NCBI RefSeq assembly: GCF_964204645.1
Contig: NC_134025.1
Coordinates: forward strand, 27,942,299 to 28,006,298
From: Tubulanus polymorphus
Lineage: Eukaryota; Animalia; Nemertea
Reading direction: 5' to 3'
Length of the DNA stretch: 64,000 nt
Shown: positions 54,001 to 64,000 of the stretch, one piece after another
Numbering within the stretch: the stretch's first letter is position 1
Layout: each line of letters begins with the position of its first letter
Position numbers and translations under genes: made by a program
The notes under the pieces: model-generated
Databases searched by the model: none
What the model was told of the DNA's origin: nothing
The model's input: only the letters and a program-made list of their open reading frames with translations

Positions 54001-57000
54001 CAAAGGTAACTTAAGGTCAGAATTCATTTCATCTTCCAATCTTAAGTATGTACAGGTGGCATTTAGTTTGAATTTCTAATACAGAAAAGGAACAGGCGCC
54101 AAGGGTAGTTAAAGAACTATCTAAGAAACAGGAAGCAGAAGCCGGTTCTGATGTCAAAGTGACAGCGAAGATATCCTCAAACCCGAAACCAGATGTAAAA
54201 TGGCTGAAAGATGGAAAGGAGCTGAAAGTGAATGACTCGCATTATAAAGTCGTAAATGAAGGCGACGAATATTCATTGACTATTTCATCAGCTGAGGTGA
54301 AAGATAGCGCCACCTATACAGTACAGGCTAAGAATAAATTAGGAAAAGTCGAAGCTAAAACACAAGTACAAATCAAAGGCAAGTTCAAGATTCTTTTCAT
54401 GTGTCTGATTCCATTTATGTACACTTGACATTTATTCTAAATTTCTTATATAGAAAAGGAACAGGCGCCAATAGCAATTGAAGAACTATCTAAGAAACAG
54501 GAAGCAAAAGTCGGTTCTGAGGTGAAAGTGACTGCTAAAATATCATCAAACCCGAAACCAGATGTAAAATGGCTGAAAGATGGCAAAGAGCTGAAAGCGA
54601 ATGATACGCATTATACATTTATAAATGAAGGTGAAGAATGTTCATTGATAATTTCATCCGCTGATGTGAAAGATAGCGCCACTTATACACTACAGGCAGA
54701 AAATAAATTGGGGAAAGTTGAAACTAAGACGCAAGTAGAAATTAGGGGTAAGTTAAAAACTCGTTTTAGTCGCTTAGAGTATGCGCGGTCTATGTCGAGT
54801 TGTATCGTTCGTTTCCTTTGTAGAGAATGAGAAAGCGCCGAAGGTAGTTGAAGAACCACCAAAGAACCAGAAAGGAGAGGCTGGTTCAGAAGTCAAAGTG
54901 ACTGCCAAAATATCGTCAAACCCCAAACCAGATGTAAAATGGCTGAAAGATGGAAAAGAGTTGATGGCGACTGATCATTATAAATTTGTAAATGAGGGCG
55001 ACGAATATTCATTGATCATTTCATCAGCAGAAGAGAAAGATAGTGCCACCTATACACTACAGGCTAAGAATAAACTAGGAAATATAGATATTAAAACACA
55101 AGTGGAAATTAAAGGTGACTAATGGGCGTTTTAAAAGTTAAGAAAGCGTCATCTTTACGTTTAGCAATCTGAATGTTTACCTCTGCATGTTTGTATATCC
55201 TATAAAAATCCTATAGCTCGTGATTAGAATTTTCTGTAAAGATGTTGCAATAATAACACACTCAGAACCCAAGCTTAATCTATTATCTCCAAGCTTAATT
55301 TATCTTAATTTATCGATGTCGTTGTCACCATAACCTCTATTCTTGTAAAATTTTTATTCTCTAGTTTATTCTCTGCTTCCAACCCTGTTCGTTAATTTTG
55401 CTTTCTATGTATACGTGTTGTTATAGACAAAGCCGCCAAAGACAAATCCACAAAACAAGAGCCTCCTAAATTCAAAACCAAACTTGAAAATATAATCTCA
55501 ATCGAAGGAGAACCGCTGTCATTAGAAGTCAAAGTCACCGCTAATCCAGAACCAGCTATTACCTGGTTTGTTGACGGTCATAAATTAAAGCCTTCCGATG
55601 ATATTTCTATGTCATATGATGGCGAAACGGCGATATTTATGATCAATGAAGCGTTTCCTGAAGACACGGGACTTTATACCTGCCGAGCCTTGAATGCTTT
55701 TGGTAAGGGTATAGAAAAATTATGCGACACTAGAGACATTCAACCATATCAAATTAAGATTTTATATTTAATTTCAAGAAAATGGTAATCGCTTAACGGT
55801 TGCATGGGTTTTTCTATAATAGGGGAAGTCGAAACAGACGCTGAAGTTATAGTCGAAGAAAGACCCCGAGCTGGAGCTACAACTGCTCCAAAATTATGGA
55901 TACCGCTCGAGGATCTAAAAATCAAAGAAAAGAAAGTTGCTTGTTTTGAATGCAGTGTAACTAGTTCAACACCACCAGAAATAGTATGGCTTCACAATGA
56001 TAAACCCGTGGAAGTAAGTATCAGCCGATTTACTAATAATCATCAACTAAACAGTTTTTAATCGACATAATCGTTTCAGCCATCTGATCGAATTGAGATG
56101 TACGAAGATGGAGACTTCATTGGTATCAATATCTTGTGCACATCGGAAAAAGATTCGGGAAAATACACCTGTATCGTTCGGAATAAACAAGGAGAGGTTT
56201 CTTCGTCCGCGGAACTTATCGTTGAAAGTGTCAAGTAAGTAAGAAGTTTAATGTTTCCCATATAAGGGGAAATATTTGAATAATTTGAAGTTTACGGTAT
56301 TGTGTGAATCACAGGAAGGAAATCGTGGGTTATGCCCCGCTTATGACGTGGCGGCTGAAAGACCAAGAGGCGGTCACAAAGGAAACTGTAAGATTTGACT
56401 GTAGGTGCACATCCGATCCGGAACCGGAAATCAAGTGGTAAGTACTAATGGAATGGGTATGTCGTTATATTTTTAACCTTTGTGAACTAAAAGAACGATA
56501 TATTCTCAAGGTTTTCGGGGGTAATCATTGATGAGTATATCAATGATTCGCGACAGCACATAGAACAGATCTCGACTGCTCATCCCCAGCACATAATTGA
56601 TACAAATGAGTTTAATATTGAATGTTTTGTTATCCTCTGATAAAGGTTTAAAGACGGAGAAGAGTTGAAAGTGGATGAAAAGTATGCTGTTGAACAGAAA
56701 GAAGGAAATTTTGCATTAATCATTCACGATCTAATTTCTGAAGACGAGGGAGTTTATAAATGCACAGTTACGAATGCGCTTGGCACAGTGTCTAGTTCAG
56801 CCACTCTGATCATTGATGGTGAGTTGTCGTGTAAACACAATAAATACAACCTTTTTGAATGATACTTAACCATTCCTTGTCTCACAAAATAGAAAGGGGT
56901 TTATTCGATAAAAGTCACAGTCCAGCCGTTGGCGTAGACCTTTACGTTACATATCTTAAACATTTCATTTAGAGTTATACTAGTATGTAACAATGATTAT

Positions 57001-60000
57001 TTAGTTGAACTGGGTATCAACAACGAGAGGCTTTGGATTATTGGCACCTAGTAATACGCACGTTTGATGTTTGTGATAAAACACGAGGCTCTGACATTGA
57101 ATTAGCCCCGTGCCCCCTATTCACTGACTACCTGTCGATTGAAAACAGATGAGTGTGTATTTTTACTGTTGATGTAATTGATGAGATACATGAACTTCTC
57201 AATCAGGTTGTATATTTATAACTACTTTACATCAGCCACGTAACGTCAGTATGTCTGTCGAACTTTCTTCTACAGAAGCGCCAATAAACAATAGTAAATC
57301 TCCAGAACCAGAAACTACTATTTTGCCACGACGGGAAAGTGTATCGCCTGAGAGTAGGAAGGTACTCAAAGCTCAAGCTAAAGAAAAAGAAAAACAAAAA
57401 CAAAAGGCAAAACTCAAGAAGGTGAGATAACATTTCATGTCAGACTTTCGTGATACCAAAGTTTTGAAGCGAACAAAAAATGTTGATTATCCCTACTAGG
57501 AAAAATCTAGTGAATTGAAATCGGTTGATCCCACGATGACAAGTAAAGGTAAGCAGGATCAAAAGCCTGAAACGGAGGAAGCATATGAGGAAGACCTTGA
57601 CGAGGCTGACACAGGTGTTCCACGTAAGTACTTTTTAATGTATTCTTGTGATTCTATCTAGCAATTGAGCACGTTTTCTTTAAAATCTACCTTTATCCTT
57701 TATATTAGTTGCACCTCGTGCAATAAATGATGCCCCGATTGTACACGACATGGCAGAGGATTCTCTTACTCTATCGTGGCCGGAAAGTGTGATGCCATCA
57801 TACGCTAAACAGGTGCCGATTCTGTATGACGTAGAGGTCCGCGAACTACCTGGCAAAGATTGGAAACCGATCGTCAGAAATCTGGACGACACGGTGTATC
57901 ACATTACAGGAATGAAACCCGATCGAGAATACATGTATAGAGTACGGGCCGTAAACGATCTGGGAATTAGTGATCCAAGTTTGTCAACAACTGTACACAA
58001 ACGAGCTGGTAGGTATAGTGGATGATTGTAGCCGATTTAATATCCTTTTGCGATAAAACTCATTTTTAAAACACCACAGGACCCCCGGAATTACCTTCCG
58101 CTAAACCAACCTTCAAAGTATTGGCACCAGAAGAAATTGAATTATCCTGGAAAAAAGCAACAGTAGCAAAAGGGCATTTGGATACTGACATAGCTTATAA
58201 CGTAGAGATCAGGTATATACGATAAAACTATAGAATACTATAGAATTCATACTTGTCATTTTACAAAGGTTTATTTACAAAAGTTTGAATTTATCATATA
58301 TTTTCAAAGGGAACCACCATCCAAAGAGTGGAAAATTCTGGCTTCAAATATCTCTGATAATCGACTAAAAACGTATATGCATCCAGGCCGAGATTACCAG
58401 GTGAAGGTAACGGCCCTCAATCAATGGGGGATGAGTGAACCAACTATGGCTGTCATGGTCCCTCGTAGAGATGGTGTGTATATTTGTCTTTTCGTTGAAT
58501 ACGGAGAGATGAATATTCTATGATATCGTATGATTTTTCAGATAAATTCATGCCTGAAATGCCTCGAACAAAACCACACTACGAAATGAAAGACGCTTCG
58601 ACGTTGGTACTTAATTGGGAAGCTGCCAGACTTCCACCTGGGGGACCACCGGGTGTAAAAGTATCGTACATTATTGAAGGCAGTGAATTTCCAAGTTATG
58701 ACTTTAAAACTATTGCGACTGATCTCTTGGATACTGAATATACCCTGAATGATTTGAAACAAGATAAAGATTATATGTTCAGAGTGTTGGCTACAACAAA
58801 ATATGCTATAAGCGATCCTTCGCCGTCAGTATCAGTTCACAGAACGGCCGGTAAGTTATCAATAACCACATTCATAAAGTAATAAACTTTCTGTGTGGCA
58901 CTGTAAATTTCGTCCGCCATTACTGATTGCACCATACTTTTACAATTTGCGACGCATAAACAGCAATTCAAATCGCTAGCTTGCATGGCCCATGTCTACT
59001 GTTCAGCATTCACTTCATTTATTCAAATTTATCTATTTAATCAATTTGGGCGCTGCGAAACAAGAACATGTATTAATGTCTAAATGAACGCTTGCGCTTA
59101 TATGTGTTTGCACACAATTCATTTTACAGCTAAAAATGCACCAATTCCACCTAAAGAAATTCCTACAATGTCCGCGGTAGGAGCAGATGCTATCTATCTA
59201 AGTTGGCACCCTGCATATTTACCGCCTGGTGTCGATACCGGTATCACATATAACGTATACCAACGTGAATTACCCAGTGAAGAGTGGCACAAAATAGCCA
59301 ACGAGCTTCCAGATACAGCTTGCACAGTGCGAGGATTACATCCAGACACTGATTACATGTTTCGTATTTATGGTGTCAATGAATATGGTATCAGTGACCC
59401 ATATCCACCTTTCGCGTTATACCAGAAGTCCGGTTATGATGATGGTAAGATGATACCATAGATAGCCGTAGATAAGTAGCTAGGATAGAACGTAGCTAGT
59501 TTTTCTCAGTTATATTCGTTCATACTTTTGCGTTTCCTAACCCGATGCCCACCATTTCCAAACTCCGGCATATTGCGCGCGTACCTCAAATCCATGCACC
59601 TCATTCTTTGCAATGGCAACGTTTCCGCACTGCATGTCCAGACTGCAAAGCGCAAAAGTATGAACCAAAATATAGTCCGCGTACTTTGGGTTATCAAAAA
59701 TACATCTTTACATACAGCACGTTAACTCGTACAAATGAACACGTATCAGATGTATGAATCAGTGTTAGTGGTACATTTTATTTGTCAATAGTCATTTCTT
59801 GAAACATTGATGAAATCTTGTTCTTTTCCGATTTAGTTGCACGCAAACAACCGGAAAATATTGTCGTTAAGCCTAAGGTAGAAGAATTAGACGGTGACAG
59901 TATACGTTTATCTTGGCCGGCATCGAAACCTCCTGGTGGGGCTAAAGCACCGGTCTGGTATACTGTAGAGGAAAGTGAACCTAACACAAATGAATGGAGA

Positions 60001-63000
60001 AAACTTGCAGAGAAACTAGATGTTACAACTTATGTAGTAAAGGAACTTACTAATGATCGGGATTACTCGTTCAGAATAAGAGCTGAGAATGACTATGGTA
60101 CAAGTGATCCATCTCCATCGGTCAATGTATTTAGAACTGGAGGTATACATTTTAATTCATTTACCAAAAGCACACGCTTATTGTCGTCACATAGTAGTAG
60201 TGGTTGTCATTATTTTCGTTGTAGCACCTAGAATATTACCGGTGGCTGTACAAGAGAAGCCTTCCGTATCAGCAGTTAATCCAACGACGCTAAAATTATC
60301 CTGGTGGGCCCCGTACTGTCGTACTGTCGAAGCTGAACCACAGTCATATGCGATTGAGATAAACAACTCCGGTTCAAAAAATGGCCCTTGGGATGTTATT
60401 GCTTCTGGTATCAATGACACAAAGTTCACCCTCAACGAGCTTGATCCGAAAGTGGAATATATGTTCCGGATTGTTTCTGAGAATGATACTGGCGTCAGTA
60501 AACCATCACCTGAAACCAAGTTCAAACAGAATCTAGGTTTGTTGAAGTTTTTACATTTGTACCAATGACTTCAACAACAGTTTATTGTCTAAGTACATGT
60601 AGCATCTTTATATCATGTATGGTATTTCAGATACATTCTTACCGGGCGCAGTTCGGGAAAAGCCCAAAGTTACAGATGTCGATCCTACTACTGTCAAACT
60701 ATTATGGATGGCACCGTATACATCATCAAGAGCACCACCACCTACGTCATATCGTCTTGAAATCTCTGATTCACCAGATTCTGGATGGGATGCACTGGTT
60801 GATCACATCAGAGAAACGTCATTTACATTGGACGATCTCCTCCCAGACACTCCTTATTACTTACGAATCGTGTCTCAGAATGAATACGGTTCCAGTGATC
60901 CTTCTCCTGCTGCTAAAGTTTACAAGAAATCTTGTCAGTATTCATTTTCAAGTTGTGTATGCAAAAAATATTCGTCAAGTACATTTGTCAGATATTCTCA
61001 TATTGTCATTGCAGCATCTTTCTTGCCTGAAGGCATTCTTGAGAAACCAAGAATAACGGAAATAAGTCCAACCTCTGCTCGGGTTGTTTGGTTACCCCCG
61101 CGTATGTCCCCCAGTGCACCAACATACACCTACGCCGTTGAATGCAGGGAGGGTCGAAAAGGTGAATGGAGACGTATTGAGGGTGGTTTGGAGGAACATG
61201 TGACGTCATTTACAGCAGTAGATCTGCGACCAGAAAGTGACTACGCGTTCAGAATTATTGTAGAGAATAGTTATGGTTCTGGAGAACCATCACCCCTAGC
61301 TATTCGTTCAGCTTCCTTGGGTAAAATATACTCCGAATATGTAACACCATTGGCCAACGTTATAGAATTATGATATTTTTCATGATGCGGATTTTTTTTA
61401 TAGATTTGGTACCCAGTGGAATTAAAGGTAAACTTTCGATGAAGGATGTCGGTCCAGGGTCAGTGCAACTTCATTGGGATAAACCTAGAGTTCCTCCAAT
61501 TGGAAGATACACATACTTGATCGAGTATCGAGATCCACATACCAACGAATGGAAAAAACTGATCGGTGATTTATCAGATCAGACATATGTTATAGATAAT
61601 CTTCGTCCTGAATTGGATTATATGTATAGAATAGTTGTACAGAATGAATATGGCAATAGTAACCCTTCAGCTACTGTTACTAGATTTGGTGAACGCGGTT
61701 AGTAGATAATGAGAGTTTCTAAGCGCCTTCCTTATCAACCAATGCTATTTACGTATACATTAGATTCATTTGTTATCCTAGATGCATTGTTACCTTTGAT
61801 GCCCAAGGATAAACCGATGATAATGGAGCTGGGGCCGTCTGCAGTCGAATTGTCGTGGAAAGAAGCTAAATCTAAGACATCGACAGACGAAGCCATCACA
61901 TACATACTCGAGATGAAGGAAGGTTCTAGTGGGCAATGGAAGGAATACAAAACCGATCTCACTGAAACACACTTAAGAATTGCTAATCTTGGTTACGATA
62001 AAGATTACATGTTCCGAGTTCGAGCAAAGAATGAGCACGGAGTTAGTGATCCGACTCATTCTATTACCGCTCACAGATCGAAGTGTAAGTTAATATTTTC
62101 TGTGTTAACGAATAGGAAATTAAGCGCATGTTTCGTTATTTGTAATAAATGCATTCACAGGTCGCCTGGTTTTAAATGAAATCATCATCAGTCAACAAAT
62201 AAACTACACATTGGGTAGAATCTCCAAAACGATATCTGAAATTATCTATCAATGATCATCAATTATTTATCAACTCGCCAATCATAAAATCAAAATCAAG
62301 TAAAATCTTCTTTTCAAGTGATCTTATATTTGTAATTCATCCATGATTTGCCTCTCTCTCTTTCCGTTTAGCTGCCTTTTTCCCCAATCAAATCCATGAC
62401 AAACCACAGCTATCTGTTCTTTCTCGCGATTCGGCGGTTCTTTCCTGGTCCGTACCCTCCCAACCCTCACACCTCAGAGATCTACCATTCATGTACGTGA
62501 TCGAGGCTCGGGAACATCCCAGTCGAGATTGGAAAGAAATAGCTCAGGATATTGAAGATCCGACATTTGATCTCAACAAGCTGTCTCGTGATAAAGAATA
62601 TTCATTCCGTGTTCTGGTAGAGAATGAATATGGATTAAGTGAACCTTCACCGAGTGTCACATTATCGAGGAAAGAAGGTATGGATGAAGTCAACTCAAAT
62701 ATTAGTGGTTTCAGATACTGATCTCTTCGAGTAACCAAAATGATTTTATGAATTCTGTTTATCTTCGTTTTCAAGCCGACTACGTACCGCGAACACCGAC
62801 AGATAAACCTCGGCTTTCTGATGTAAAGGCTGAAACGCTCAGACTTAGCTGGGATGAAGTGGAACCGCCGCCGATGGCTACAGATTCTCCTGTGACGTAT
62901 ATAATCGAAACACGAGATTCTAAATATAACTGGACGACATACGTAGACGGTAATATTCCTGAGATTTTCGCCCGGGTTCCCAGTGAAGATCTTGCTCACT

Positions 63001-64000
63001 CAAGTTTTTATTTTCTAGATATAAAAACTACGTCTCATGAAGTGAAGGCAGCGCCAGATATCGAACATGCCTTCCGTATTAGAGCAAAAAATATATTCGG
63101 GAGAAGTGATCCATCACGACAAGTAACCGTTCCGAAACGACAGGGTACGTGCGTGCCATAACCTTCAATATTAGACCTTCCTTTATGGTTACGATTTTCC
63201 GCTATGAATTTGATATCATTTCTTTTTACAGTATTCCCCGATCCAATTTCCGATAAACCATTTTTGATGGAACTAACGCCGGATACAGTGAAATTGTCGT
63301 GGAGAAGTCCCCGCGCTGCCTTCATGTCCGAGCTACCATCATCTGCATACTCCTACATATTAGAGTATCGCCAACCACCCAGTGATAAATGGAAAAAATT
63401 GATCGGTGGATTAAAGGAAACTTCATTTACGATAAGAGATCTTGAAAAGGATAAAGAGTACATGTTCAGAGTTCGAACACAGAATGATTTCGGCACTAGT
63501 GAACCTTCAGCCCCAGTATTGAGAGCAAAACTTCCGGGTAAAAATCCTAAAATGTTCTTATATTCAGAATTTACCTGATTATATGTAATTATCAAAAAGT
63601 TATCTGTTGTTTTACTTTGCTAAGATCACGCAGCTATTCGAAGAAGCAGAAGTAGAAGTCGTGAACCATCTCCATGGCGCCTCCCATCGGATGTCAGCAC
63701 AGGTAAGATAGAATCACTAGTATTTAAGAAATAGACGTTGATAATGAAAAGGAAAATATTCACTGCGTTTCGTCTTTCAGATGTGGCTCCTGAATTCACA
63801 AATGTTGAGCAAAATGTTGTCTACGGTGTTCAAGGACAACCCGTCAAATTAAATGCCAGTTTGAAGGCCTATCCTGAACCTAAAATCATGTGGTTCCACA
63901 ATGAAGATAAAATAGATTTAGGTATGAGAATACACTAATAACTCTTACTTGATTATTTTTGACAAAAATATGTCTAAGATATAACCATAAATTCTAGGTG
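45055..64000 (+). CDS. unc-89: Obscurin/UNC-89-like giant muscle protein, 3'-partial: (TM)-Ig-KE-rich-Ig-Ig-SH3-like-SH3-RhoGEF(DH)-PH-11 Ig-13 FN3-Ig...
   Basis: I-set Ig motifs (P.P.V.W.KDG...D.G.Y.C.A.N); SH3 YVVVADF..LSEGQFV..EGWISP; DH RRYALTELLETERDYIKEL; PH RHCFLFNDKLLITKPK..KKAWVHDIRE; FN3 LSW..Y..E..W...L.PD.DYMFRV.A.N.YG.SDPS. The gene continues beyond the window. Confidence 0.88.
46319..47760 (+). repeat. Low-complexity Lys/Glu/Asp-rich coding segment in a ~1.5-kb exon of the obscurin-like gene
   Basis: ORF 46306-47883 is dominated by E/K/D/N and the DNA is purine-rich. Confidence 0.85.
52576..55114 (+). repeat. Seven tandem near-identical Ig exon+intron units (about 370-bp period)
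   Basis: Repeated KVTAKISSNPKPDVKWL(K/Q)DGKEL...YSLIISSA..KDSATY..QA.NKLG.V....QV.I. Some introns are also paired duplicates. Confidence 0.95.
53659..53689. repeat. 7-bp tandem repeat (GTATCCA) x~4 in an intron
   Basis: GTATCCAGTATCCTGTATCCAGTATCCAGTA read directly. Confidence 0.8.

Noticed and set aside
56258-56267. CArG box CCATATAAGG in an obscurin intron
   Set aside because: A single match inside a short intron is expected by chance in 64 kb and has no supporting context.

Overview
AT-rich, gene-dense eukaryotic (invertebrate animal) genomic DNA with many short (about 70-150 nt) spliceosomal introns, so the ORF track shows exon fragments only. The taxon cannot be fixed from this window; a marine spiralian or similar invertebrate is a guess. 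Splicing by eye gives 14 protein-coding genes. In order: MEA1(+), CHAC2(-), STK40(-), ESF1(+), an orphan single-pass membrane protein(+), an orphan ~494-aa protein with PP1/PKA motifs(+), a seemingly complete CatSper-epsilon gene(+) in very small exons, TTC9C(-), SNRPD2(+), an uncharacterised X-box-bearing gene with two alternative 5' coding exons(-), an intronless DIRAS/RASD-like GTPase(+), PSMA6(-), TEDC1(+), and the 5' ~19 kb of an obscurin/UNC-89-like giant gene(+) running off the right edge. Main points of interest: the CatSper-epsilon subunit; the unusual obscurin (putative N-terminal membrane anchor, two SH3-like domains, degenerate RhoGEF, seven homogenised Ig exons, 13 tandem FN3); and small transposon traces (a 199-bp foldback, a triple MITE with a recombinant middle copy, and a 32-bp palindrome resembling a P-element excision footprint). 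No rRNA, tRNA or CRISPR was seen. Homology calls come from recalled sequences, not database searches.
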